NCBI GenBank assembly: GCA_016936115.1
Contig: JAFGPQ010000037.1
Location: forward strand, 3,897 to 67,896
DNA length: 64,000 nt
Direction of reading: 5' to 3'
From: Spirochaetales bacterium
GTDB taxonomy: Bacteria > Spirochaetota > Spirochaetia > DSM-2461
Part shown: positions 46,377 through 55,123 of the stretch, piece after piece
Layout: every line of letters starts with the position of its first letter
How positions within the stretch are numbered: position 1 is the stretch's first letter
Position numbers and translations under genes: made by a program
The notes under the pieces: model-generated
Databases searched by the model: none
Seen by the model: only the letters and a program-made list of their open reading frames with translations
What the model was told of the DNA's origin: nothing

Positions 46377-46406
46377 CGCCCCCTCCGGCGGGGTGTTTAT
46401 TTCTTT
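46377..46406 (+). terminator. terminator-like hairpin plus T-tract in the marR-deoD intergenic region, upstream of the deoD promoter
   Basis: CGCCCC-CTCCGGC-GGGGTG (6 bp including one G-U pair) followed by TTTATTTCTTT. No plus-strand gene ends here. Confidence 0.4.
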
Positions 46407-46449
46407 CGCTCCGAGGACTATAATAAAAGAGAATCACAGGAGGAGTTTT

Positions 46450-47154
46450 ATGAGCATTCACATCGGAGCCCCGGAAGGTGCTATTGCGGACACGGTTCTC
46501 ATGCCGGGAGATCCCCTGCGGGCCCGTTTCGTGGCGGAGAATTATCTCGAGAACCCGGTCTGTTATAACGAAGTCCGGGGCATGTACGGGTACACGGGCA
46601 CTTTCCGGGGACAGAAGGTCTCCGTACAGGGCAGCGGCATGGGCCAGCCCTCCCTCTCTATCTACGTGAACGAGCTTTTCCGGGACTACGGAGTAAAGCG
46701 GATCATGCGCATCGGTTCCTGCGGCTCCCTTCAGGAAAATGTGAAGATCAGAGACATAGTCATCGCCATGAGCGCCAGCACGGACAGCAGCATGAATGAC
46801 ATCACCTTTCGGAACATGCACTACGCTCCCACCGCCCATTACGGCCTTTTCGCCAAGGCCCAGAAAGCGGCGGAGAAACTGGAGATTCCCTTTCACGGGG
46901 GGAATATCCTCTCCTCGGATATCTTTTACAACAACGATCCTGATGAATGGAAAATCTGGTCCGGCCACGGGGTTCTGGCGGTGGAGATGGAATCGGCCGC
47001 CCTATACACCCTGGCGGCGAAATACGGCGGGGAAGCCCTGACCATACTTACCGTGAGCGACTCCCTGGTAAGCGGGGAGGCCACCACCAGCGAAGAACGG
47101 GAGAAAACGTTCACAAAAATGATGCAGCTGGCCCTGGAAACGGCGGTAAGCTGA
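46450..47154 (+). CDS. deoD: purine nucleoside phosphorylase, DeoD type
   Basis: 234 aa from MSIHIGAPEGAIADTVLMPGDPLRA, with GMGQPS and MESAALY motifs. SD GGAGGAG upstream. The ORF-track start at 46303 is rejected. Confidence 0.93.
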   Translation: MSIHIGAPEGAIADTVLMPGDPLRARFVAENYLENPVCYNEVRGMYGYTGTFRGQKVSVQGSGMGQPSLSIYVNELFRDYGVKRIMRIGSCGSLQENVKIRDIVIAMSASTDSSMNDITFRNMHYAPTAHYGLFAKAQKAAEKLEIPFHGGNILSSDIFYNNDPDEWKIWSGHGVLAVEMESAALYTLAAKYGGEALTILTVSDSLVSGEATTSEEREKTFTKMMQLALETAVS

Positions 47155-47155
47155 C

Positions 47156-48184
47156 CTATTCCGAGACGAGGGGGTAGTAATCGGTCCAGATATACTTCCC
47201 CTTTTCCAGGTCGTCCGGGGAATCCTCCGGCTCCCTTCCCGAAAGGATCGCTCCGGTCAGATCGACGATGGCGCCGGCCTGGGAGGTGCTGTCGTTGATG
47301 ACCGTCCCGTACAGGGTTCCCGCTCCTATGGCCCGGACGGCTTCGGGAAGCCCGTCTATGCCCACCACGGGGATCCAGTCCCCGTCCTGCCGGTCGATTC
47401 GGCCGTTCCCGTTGCTGTCCCGGAAAAACCCTTTCTCGATCAGCCTTTCGATCGCCCCCAGAGCCATCTCGTCATTATTGGAGAAGATCACCTCCAGGAT
47501 ATCCCCGTGCAGATTCAGGACTTCGTCCATCTTGTCATAGGCTTCCTTGCGGTTCCAGTTGGCAATCACCGAAGTGAGCAGCTCGAAGGAAAAACCGTTC
47601 CGGCTCAGGGTATCCCGCACCTCCCGGGTGCGTATCTCCGAGTCCTGATGGCTCTGCTCGCCCCGTATGATTATCCCCTGAATCACCCCGTCCCCGTTTC
47701 GGTCGTAGCCGTTAAGACGGTCCGGGTCGTCACCGAAGAGATGCATGATCATGCGGGCCTGCATCTGTCCCGCCTGCTCCGCCGTGGCTCCCACGTAGAA
47801 ACAGCTGTCCCAAAGATCCAGATCCCGTTCCAGGGGCTGCCGGTTGAAAAAGATCACCGGAATATTCTCATCCCGGAATTTGCGTATGATCGCGTGGGCT
47901 CCCAGCCGGTCCACCGGATTGATAATGGCCAGGTCCACCGGATTCTCCAGTATATGTTCGATCTGCTCGTTCTGCACCACCTGGGAATTCAGGGCGTCGA
48001 ACACCTCCGGGCGGTAGATTGTCCGGTTGAACTGGGAGAGCATCTCCTCGTTCAGCCCCCGGACAAAGGGGTCCTCTCCGTTGTAAAGAAAGATCCCCAC
48101 CCGTTTCTCTCCGCTGGAGCACTGGGTCAGAAACAGCAGAAAGCCCGCCAGAAGCAGGACAAACAACCCTCTTTTCCCCATCAT
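47156..48184 (-). CDS. periplasmic sugar-binding lipoprotein (PBP type 1, LacI/RbsB fold) linked to a two-component system
   Basis: 342 aa with a lipobox LTQC. Its start overlaps the kinase stop. Confidence 0.78.
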   Translation of the reverse strand: MMGKRGLFVLLLAGFLLFLTQCSSGEKRVGIFLYNGEDPFVRGLNEEMLSQFNRTIYRPEVFDALNSQVVQNEQIEHILENPVDLAIINPVDRLGAHAIIRKFRDENIPVIFFNRQPLERDLDLWDSCFYVGATAEQAGQMQARMIMHLFGDDPDRLNGYDRNGDGVIQGIIIRGEQSHQDSEIRTREVRDTLSRNGFSFELLTSVIANWNRKEAYDKMDEVLNLHGDILEVIFSNNDEMALGAIERLIEKGFFRDSNGNGRIDRQDGDWIPVVGIDGLPEAVRAIGAGTLYGTVINDSTSQAGAIVDLTGAILSGREPEDSPDDLEKGKYIWTDYYPLVSE

Positions 48185-49902
48185 TTGGCCCTCCCCGGCA
48201 GGGGCAGAAGCAGAGTGACACGGGTCATTTCATCCATATCGCTCTCCATGACAAGATCCGCCTTCTCCCCGTAATAGATTTTCAGACGCTGGTAGACATT
48301 GCTCAGGCCCACCCCCTCCTTCCGGTCCGGATCCTTGACGGCCTTCATGATCTCACCGATCCTCTCTTCGCTGATGCCGTAGCCCGTGTTCTCCACTTCG
48401 AAAATCAGAAAGATGTCCCGCAGGTAGCTCCTGATGGTAATAATACCCTTCTCGTCATCCGCTTCGCCTCCCCCGTGATAGATGGCGTTCTCCACAAGGG
48501 GCTGCAGGATAAGCTTCATGACCTGGTAGCCGTAAACCTGAGCATCGATCTCCAGGCGGTATTCGAATTTATCCACATAGCGGATCCTCTGTATGGTCAG
48601 GTAATTCTCAATATGGGCGATCTCGTCCTCCACGGGGATGAAATTCTTTCCCCGGGAAATGCTGATGCGGAAGAACCGGGCCAGGGCGACCACGGTAGTG
48701 ACCACGTCTTTGCTGCGGTTGTTCTCGGCCAGCCAGACAATGGAATCCAGAGTGTTGTAGAGGAAGTGGGGGTTGATCTGGTTCTGCAGGGCGGCCAGCT
48801 CGTTCTTGCGCTTGTCCCGCTGCTCGTTCACCACCGCCTCCATGAGGGAACGGATCCGTTCGAGCATCTCGTTGAAGGCCTTGCCCAGATGGATGATCTC
48901 CTTCTGGCCGGACACTTCCACGGGAGTGAAAAAATCCCCCTCCTCCATGCGCGACATGGCCCTTTCCAGCTGATAGAGGGGCCCGGAGATCCGCCGGGAG
49001 ATAAAGGCCCCCACCATGATAGAGACGAGGAGGCTGACTATAAAAATAAGAACGATAAGCTGCAGGTTCCTGGCCCGGGCCCGGGCCAGCTCGTTGATAT
49101 TACTCATGGTGATGATGCGCCAGCGGGTCTGGATCAGGGTGTTGGAGTTCAGGTACATCTCCCGGGAGCGTAGTGTGACCCGGGATCCGCCGAAGTAATG
49201 GCTCCGGGCCAGCTGTAGACTGAAAAAATAGTCGGGAGACTCCTCGGAGAGGGAGCTGTAGATGAGGGAATCGTCGTCCCCCAGAATCAGGATATGCCCC
49301 CCTTCCCCCAGATTGGTCTGATCGGAAAGATCCTCGATGGACTGGAAATCCAGATTGATCAGGAAGATGCCCCGCTTTTCCAGGCGGTTTTCTACGAAGG
49401 TGACCGTTTTGGCGATGGAGATGATCTTCACCGCGCTCCCGGTAATCTCCCCCATCCGGTGAGGCGGAGAGAAATGGTAGATAGAATCGTCAGTCCTGGC
49501 CCGCACCGCCCACAGACTGTCCTGAACCGGATCCTGATGCCCCACGGCGATCAGTTCGTTCCCTTCCATGTCGTACAGGGTGATGGAAGAGATATCCCGG
49601 TTGCTGTCCACGCCCAGAGAGAAGGTTCTCCCCAGATCCTCCTGTGAGTCGGCCAGATCCTTCTCCATGAGAGTCAGCTGCAGATAATTGGCCGTTTCCA
49701 CCACCCGGTTGATGTAATTTTCGTAGTTCAGGATGATCTGCTTGTTGATCTCCCGGGCCTGGCTCTCTACCAGGGAGCGGGTGGACCGGGAGAAGGAGTT
49801 CATAAAAAACAGGCTGGATACGATGAGGGAGACCGCTACCATGGCCACGGTAACGGCCAGGATACTCTGCCGGATCGTCAGATTACGAAAGAGTCTCTTC
49901 AC
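48181..49902 (-). CDS. sensor histidine kinase, YesM/LytS-like (two TM helices, HAMP, His_kinase, HATPase)
   Basis: H-box region LQNQINPHFLYNTLDSI and HATPase box ENAIYHG. The GTG at 49902 gives the typical N-terminus KRLFRNLTIRQ. The ORF-track start at 49995 lies inside the regulator gene. Confidence 0.82.
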   Translation of the reverse strand: MKRLFRNLTIRQSILAVTVAMVAVSLIVSSLFFMNSFSRSTRSLVESQAREINKQIILNYENYINRVVETANYLQLTLMEKDLADSQEDLGRTFSLGVDSNRDISSITLYDMEGNELIAVGHQDPVQDSLWAVRARTDDSIYHFSPPHRMGEITGSAVKIISIAKTVTFVENRLEKRGIFLINLDFQSIEDLSDQTNLGEGGHILILGDDDSLIYSSLSEESPDYFFSLQLARSHYFGGSRVTLRSREMYLNSNTLIQTRWRIITMSNINELARARARNLQLIVLIFIVSLLVSIMVGAFISRRISGPLYQLERAMSRMEEGDFFTPVEVSGQKEIIHLGKAFNEMLERIRSLMEAVVNEQRDKRKNELAALQNQINPHFLYNTLDSIVWLAENNRSKDVVTTVVALARFFRISISRGKNFIPVEDEIAHIENYLTIQRIRYVDKFEYRLEIDAQVYGYQVMKLILQPLVENAIYHGGGEADDEKGIITIRSYLRDIFLIFEVENTGYGISEERIGEIMKAVKDPDRKEGVGLSNVYQRLKIYYGEKADLVMESDMDEMTRVTLLLPLPGRAK

Positions 49903-51505
49903 GGTACTTCTTGGGGGAAACACCCCGGGACTTCTTGAAACTGTGAGAGAAATAGTACACATCGTTGTAGCCGCACTGGCCGGCGATGTCCACAATCTTG
50001 TCCCCGGTCAGCCGGAGCAGCTCGCAGGCCTTGTCGATGCGTATTTTCGTCAGGTATTTGACGAAGGTGGTATCCATGTTCTTGCGAAAGAGCAGGCTCA
50101 GGTAGGAGACGCTGATGCCCAGCTCCTCGCACACATCATCCAGGGAGAGTCGGGGATCGTTGAAATTCTGCTCGATCATGTGAACCGCCCGATCCAGGAT
50201 TTTCTGGGAGCCGGAGCGGCGGGTGTCCAGGTTCCACTCCCGCAGTTTGAAAGCCAGGGAGAGGACCCAGTCGAAAACCTGGTCCAGAGAGCGGAACCTT
50301 ATCAGTTTTTCCAGCACATCCTCCCCGGCGATGGAATTCAGGTCCACCCCGACGAAGGCGGCGTATTTGACCAGCACGTCCACCAGATTCACCGCGTACA
50401 TGCGAAAATTCACACCCCCCTTGGCGTTTCGAAGACCGGCCATTTTCAGGGAGTCCAGAAGATCACGGACCTCTGAATCGGAGCCGAAGCGGATCGTCTG
50501 CTCCAGGGTTTTGATTTCCCCCTCGGTCAGAGACAGGACCGCCGGGGCGTTCCCTTTGCTGTCCAGCTGGTCGATGTAAACGATGCGCCCCGCATTGAGA
50601 AAGCGGCTGTGATCCAGGGCCTTGCAGGACTCCTCGTAGGCCAGATTCAGCTGGCGGAAGTGATTCCGAAGGCGGCTTATACCGATGTTGATGCGCAGGG
50701 AGAGAAATTTCTCGGCCAGCTTGACGATCTCAAAGAAGACCGGGTCAATCTCCTTGAGAAAAAGCCTGTTCCTCTCCTCTATGAGGAAAAAGATCCCCTC
50801 AGAGAAGCGGAAGGATTTGAAGGAGAATTCTCTTCTCTCCAGGGTGGTGCCGATAAGGGATCTCAGGGCATGTTTCATTCTTTCGAATTCCCTCAGGTCC
50901 CGGCGCTCTCCGTCGTCTTCGACCTGAACCTGGACCACCAGGTAGTTGATGCCGTCCAGCTCTACCCCGCAGGACCGCAGATCCTCCCGGGCCTGCATCT
51001 GGGAGCGGCCGGAGCTGACGAGAAAGGCGGTGAAACTGTTGTCCATGAGCAGGGGCAGATTCTCTTCGTAGCTTCTCTGCAGTCTCTCAAGATTATACTT
51101 TTCCTTGAATTCCCGGTCCAGTTCTCCCTTGAGACGGGTGAGGAAGCGGGAGATATCCTCCTGAGTGACCGGTTTGGTCAGATAGCTGGAGACATTCAGT
51201 TCTATGGCTTCCCGGGCGTATTCGAACTCATCGTAGCCCGATATAAAGGCCACCCGAACCGTGGGATAATCCCGGCGGATGAGGGAGGCCAGTTCGATGC
51301 CGTCGATGAAGGGCATGCGTATGTCGGTCAGGACCACGGCGGGTGAGAGCTTTTCGATCAGCTCCAGAGCGTCGTAACCGTTTCCGGCGGTACCCACGAT
51401 GACAAAGCCGCTCTCCTCGGAGATTTTCGAGGAAATTCGCCCTCTCACTTCGTCTTCGTCATCGACAAGAATGATCTTGTAAAGATCCTTTCCTTCCTCG
51501 GCCAT
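49883..51505 (-). CDS. response regulator with an AraC-type output domain (YesN-like)
   Basis: 540 aa from MAEEGKDLYKIILVDDEDEV. C-terminal HTH_AraC (GYNDVYYFSHSFKK). Confidence 0.88.
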   Translation of the reverse strand: MAEEGKDLYKIILVDDEDEVRGRISSKISEESGFVIVGTAGNGYDALELIEKLSPAVVLTDIRMPFIDGIELASLIRRDYPTVRVAFISGYDEFEYAREAIELNVSSYLTKPVTQEDISRFLTRLKGELDREFKEKYNLERLQRSYEENLPLLMDNSFTAFLVSSGRSQMQAREDLRSCGVELDGINYLVVQVQVEDDGERRDLREFERMKHALRSLIGTTLERREFSFKSFRFSEGIFFLIEERNRLFLKEIDPVFFEIVKLAEKFLSLRINIGISRLRNHFRQLNLAYEESCKALDHSRFLNAGRIVYIDQLDSKGNAPAVLSLTEGEIKTLEQTIRFGSDSEVRDLLDSLKMAGLRNAKGGVNFRMYAVNLVDVLVKYAAFVGVDLNSIAGEDVLEKLIRFRSLDQVFDWVLSLAFKLREWNLDTRRSGSQKILDRAVHMIEQNFNDPRLSLDDVCEELGISVSYLSLLFRKNMDTTFVKYLTKIRIDKACELLRLTGDKIVDIAGQCGYNDVYYFSHSFKKSRGVSPKKYREETLS

Positions 51506-51511
51506 GGCCCT

Positions 51512-51540
51512 ATTGTAGACGTTTTTCCTGTTATCGCATA
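51512..51540 (-). promoter_or_regulatory. -10 box TACAAT 6 nt from the yesN-like ATG at 51505 (leaderless candidate; weak -35)
   Basis: Minus strand reads TATGCG-N17-TACAAT agggcc ATG. Confidence 0.35.
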
Positions 51541-51552
51541 GATGTTTTTTCA

Positions 51553-51581
51553 TTGACATATTACTACTTAGTAATTAAATT
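51553..51581 (+). promoter_or_regulatory. sigma70-like promoter TTGACA-N17-TAAATT, with the -10 box 6 nt from the marR ATG at 51588 (leaderless candidate)
   Basis: Plus strand reads TTGACA tattactacttagtaat TAAATT gaattt ATG. No SD. Confidence 0.5.
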
Positions 51582-51587
51582 GAATTT

Positions 51588-52043
51588 ATGAAACAGAGGA
51601 ACAGGGATTACGGACAGGACGACAACAGGCATCTGCGCATGGAAATCGGGATTACCCGGAATTTTCTGGAAGGGGAAAGGGGAATGCAGACCTTTCTCAA
51701 ATCCTACGGACTGACCCTGCCCCAGTTCGGCGTTCTCGAGGCTCTCTACCACCTGGGTGAAATGAGGGTGTGCGATATCATCGAAAAGACCCTCAGCACC
51801 AACGGGAATATGACCGTGGTCCTGAAGAATCTGGAACGGGACGGCATGATCCTCAGAAAACCGGACGAGGCGGACCGACGGGCCAGCATCATAGGCATCA
51901 CCTCTGTCGGGGCCGGACTGGTGGAGGAGATATTTCCCGTGCATCTGCAGAATTTGAGGGAGAAGTATTCCTCCCTGGACGGGCAGGAGAAGGATCAGCT
52001 CATTCATCTGCTTAAGAAATTGAGCGGAAGAGCGAAAGCATAA
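51588..52043 (+). CDS. MarR family transcriptional regulator
   Basis: 151 aa with a winged HTH: MRVCDIIEKTLSTNGNMTVVLKNLERDGMI. Confidence 0.9.
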   Translation: MKQRNRDYGQDDNRHLRMEIGITRNFLEGERGMQTFLKSYGLTLPQFGVLEALYHLGEMRVCDIIEKTLSTNGNMTVVLKNLERDGMILRKPDEADRRASIIGITSVGAGLVEEIFPVHLQNLREKYSSLDGQEKDQLIHLLKKLSGRAKA

Positions 52044-52055
52044 TGAGGATATTGA

Positions 52056-52751
52056 ATGAAGGTATATAGAGAACGAGAGCATGGGAAGGGGGAGCATGGA
52101 TGGCTCAGGAGCAATTTCCATTTCTCCTTTGACCAGTATTATAATCCGAAGAGAATGCATTACGGTCCTTTGCGGGTATTGAATGACGATATCATACAGC
52201 CGGATACGGGGTTTCCCCTCCATCCGCACAGGGATATGGAGATCATCACCTATGTGATAGAGGGGGAGCTGACCCATCAGGACAGCATGGGGTCGGAGGA
52301 GACCATCGGCCCGGGGCATGTGCAGTACATGAGCGCGGGTACGGGAATCCACCATAGCGAATCCAACGAAGGGAAGCAGCCCCTGCGCCTTCTCCAGATA
52401 TGGATTATGCCCGATGCCCGGGGATACGAACCGCAGTACGGGAGCATTAGGCCGGAGATGACGGAAAGGGACGGGGACTGGTTGCACATCGTCTCCCCCT
52501 TTGGGGGAAAAGGGCTGATCGGGATTCATCAGGACGGCAATATTTATGCCGCCAGGATAAGCGCGGGCCGGAAACTCCCCTTTCCCCTGGGAAAAGACCG
52601 GCAAATTTACGGCGTTCTGATAAGCGGGGAGGTCGAAGCCGGTGAAAAAGTGCTCTACGCAGGAGACGGCTTTGAGTTACAGGAAGAAGTCAATTTCTCA
52701 GCGAAAGAGGACTGTCACATCTTAATTATAGAAATGGAGAAAAATATATGA
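52056..52751 (+). CDS. pirin family protein
   Basis: 231 aa with cupin metal ligands FPLHPHRDMEIITYV. Confidence 0.88.
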   Translation: MKVYREREHGKGEHGWLRSNFHFSFDQYYNPKRMHYGPLRVLNDDIIQPDTGFPLHPHRDMEIITYVIEGELTHQDSMGSEETIGPGHVQYMSAGTGIHHSESNEGKQPLRLLQIWIMPDARGYEPQYGSIRPEMTERDGDWLHIVSPFGGKGLIGIHQDGNIYAARISAGRKLPFPLGKDRQIYGVLISGEVEAGEKVLYAGDGFELQEEVNFSAKEDCHILIIEMEKNI

Positions 52752-53356
52752 ATGCCGATTTGTTTACGGAAAGAAGGAGCGTAGGAAGTTTCGATGCCTC
52801 CCAGCCCCTGGATAAGGAGAAACTCAAGGCCATCGTGGAACTGGCTTCAAATACGCCTTCCGCCTTCAACCTGGAACCCTGGCGGGTGATAGCCGTTGAA
52901 TCGGAAGAAGCAAAGGAGAGGCTCTTCGAGAAGGCTAACCGTCAGCCCAAGATAAAGGAGGCCACCTACAACCTGATCATAATCGGAGACCGGGAGGGTT
53001 ACAGCCCGGAAAATCCCGCCTGGGAGGAACTGAAAGGTTTAGCCGGAGAGGCCGGGGCCGAGGGAGCCATGAAAGCCGCCGCCCGGCTCTACGGTTCCTC
53101 GGAGGAGCGTAAGATCAAGTTCGCCGAAAGCAACGGGGGTCTTCTGGCCATGAGCCTCATGTACGCGGCCCAGGCCTACGGGGTGGATTCCCATCCCATG
53201 AGCGGCATCGATTTTGAGGGCATCGCCAGGGAATTCAGCCTGAAGGAGGGGGAGCATGTGGTCATGGTCATCGCCCTGGGATACCGGGACACCTCCACCG
53301 CCCTCAGACCCTGGAGAAGACGAAAGAGTTACGAGGCCCTCGTGGAAGAGGTGTAG
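52748..53356 (+). CDS. nitroreductase family protein
   Basis: 202 aa. RRSVGSF and PSAFNLEPWR are typical of FMN nitroreductases. ATGA overlap with the pirin gene. Confidence 0.85.
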   Translation: MNADLFTERRSVGSFDASQPLDKEKLKAIVELASNTPSAFNLEPWRVIAVESEEAKERLFEKANRQPKIKEATYNLIIIGDREGYSPENPAWEELKGLAGEAGAEGAMKAAARLYGSSEERKIKFAESNGGLLAMSLMYAAQAYGVDSHPMSGIDFEGIAREFSLKEGEHVVMVIALGYRDTSTALRPWRRRKSYEALVEEV

Positions 53357-53393
53357 AAAATCCGTGATATAATGGTTCCCGGGAGGCGTTATC

Positions 53394-54128
53394 ATGGGAG
53401 AAAATTATTTCGGGGAAGAGATCGCCGCTGATTACGACAGGACACTTGGTGAGCATTCCGATCCTTCATGGATAACTTCCTGTGTGGAAGTGCTGGAGGA
53501 GTACGCGGGAAAGGGGAAGGCCCTGGAATTCGGCATCGGAACGGGCCGTATTGCCCTGCCCTTGAGCATGCGGGGCGTCCTGGTGGAGGGAATGGATCTC
53601 TCACCCCAGATGCTGGCTCAGCTGAAGAAAAAACCCGGTTCCGAAGAGATTCCCGTCAGGGAAGGAGATTTCTCCCGGGACAGAATGGATGGCACCTACA
53701 CCCTGGTCTATCTTGTCTTCAACACCATCATGAATCTGACCTCCCAGGAAACCCAGACGGAGTGCTTCATCAATGCGGCCCGCCATCTGAATCGGGGAGG
53801 TTATTTCCTGATAGAGACCATGGTACCCGACCTGAGAAGGCTCCCCCCGGGGGAAACCGTGCGCCCCTTCGGAACGGATAATCAGTTGGAAGGGTTCGAT
53901 GAATACGACACGGTCTCACAGAAACTGGTTTCCCATCATCTGGAGGGGACCGGGGAGAACCGGAAAATCCACAGCATCCCCTTCCGCTACGTCTGGCCCT
54001 CCGAACTGGACCTGATGGCCCGGATCGCCGGAATGTCCCTCACCGCCCGCTGGGAAAACTGGGAAAAAGCCCCCTTCACTCACGAAAGCCGCTCCCACAT
54101 CTCCCTCTGGCAAAAATCCTTTTCCTGA
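53394..54128 (+). CDS. class I SAM-dependent methyltransferase
   Basis: 244 aa with motif I ALEFGIGTGRIALPL. Confidence 0.85.
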   Translation: MGENYFGEEIAADYDRTLGEHSDPSWITSCVEVLEEYAGKGKALEFGIGTGRIALPLSMRGVLVEGMDLSPQMLAQLKKKPGSEEIPVREGDFSRDRMDGTYTLVYLVFNTIMNLTSQETQTECFINAARHLNRGGYFLIETMVPDLRRLPPGETVRPFGTDNQLEGFDEYDTVSQKLVSHHLEGTGENRKIHSIPFRYVWPSELDLMARIAGMSLTARWENWEKAPFTHESRSHISLWQKSFS

Positions 54129-54157
54129 CATCCGCTTTCAGCTTTAGGCTTTCGAAC

Positions 54158-55123
54158 CTACTTGCGCTTCTTCATCGAATCGATATACACGGCCAGCAGA
54201 ATCACCACGCCCTTCACGATAAGCTGCCAGAAAGAGTTGATATCCAGCAGGTTCAGACCGTTGTTCAGCACCCCGATGACCAATGCCCCCAGCAGGGTGC
54301 CGCCCAGAAAGCCGATGCCCCCGGACATGCTGGTCCCCCCCAGAACAACCGCCGCGATGGCGTCCAGTTCGAAGCCGATGCCTATGGTGGGCTGGCCGGA
54401 GTACATGCGGGAGCAGAGGACCACCCCGCTGACGGCGCTTAAGAGGCCGATCATACCGTAGACGATGACAATGACCCGGTTGATCTTGATGCCCGAGAAC
54501 ACCGCCGCATCCTGATTGCCCCCCAGGGCGTACACATGGCGGCCGAAGCGGGTACGGTTCAGCAGAACCGCGGTCACGGCGAAAATCACCGCCATATAAA
54601 TGATGGGATAGGGAATAGGTCCCAGGTAGCCCGTTCCGATGGCGATGAACCCCTCGTCGGTGGTGCGGATGGGCTGCCCGTTAGTGTACACGTAGGCCGA
54701 TCCCCGGGCGATCTGCATCATGGCCAGGGTCACGATAAAGGGGGGGATTCCCGTTTTAGCCACCACAAGACCGTTGAAAACACCCAACCCCAGTCCCAGA
54801 AGCAGGGCGATGGTAACCGCCGCCGGAATAGACATGCCGTTGCGCACAATCAATCCGGTGGCCACGGTTCCCGCCAGAGCCAGAACGGACCCGACGGACA
54901 GATCAATGCCCCCGATCAGAATGGCGTAGGTCATGCCGAAAGCGAGAATAGCGTTCACCGACACCTGGCGCAGGACGTTGAGAATATTCGCCGACGTCAG
55001 AAAGGCGGAGGACCGGAAGGTCAGTATCAGGCAGAGGACCAGCAGTCCCAGCAGAATTCCCAGATAGCGCTGTAAATATCCTTTAACCGCCATTCCGGCG
55101 GATTTTATGAGAGAGTTATTCAT
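54158..55123 (-). CDS. rbsC: sugar ABC transporter permease (CUT2, RbsC-like)
   Basis: 321 aa with about 9-10 TM helices. Overlaps the end of the ATPase gene by 8 nt. Confidence 0.85.
   Translation of the reverse strand: MNNSLIKSAGMAVKGYLQRYLGILLGLLVLCLILTFRSSAFLTSANILNVLRQVSVNAILAFGMTYAILIGGIDLSVGSVLALAGTVATGLIVRNGMSIPAAVTIALLLGLGLGVFNGLVVAKTGIPPFIVTLAMMQIARGSAYVYTNGQPIRTTDEGFIAIGTGYLGPIPYPIIYMAVIFAVTAVLLNRTRFGRHVYALGGNQDAAVFSGIKINRVIVIVYGMIGLLSAVSGVVLCSRMYSGQPTIGIGFELDAIAAVVLGGTSMSGGIGFLGGTLLGALVIGVLNNGLNLLDINSFWQLIVKGVVILLAVYIDSMKKRK

Noticed and set aside
46311-46380. A possible purine riboswitch upstream of deoD. There is an AGTTTTTCTTACC stretch vaguely like the conserved J2-3 segment, and a CGTTATA...TATACG pairing.
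   Set aside because: - I could not build the P2 and P3 helices or the conserved loop sequences of the three-way junction by eye.
- The resemblance is limited to one short U-rich stretch.
- Only a covariance-model search could rescue this call.
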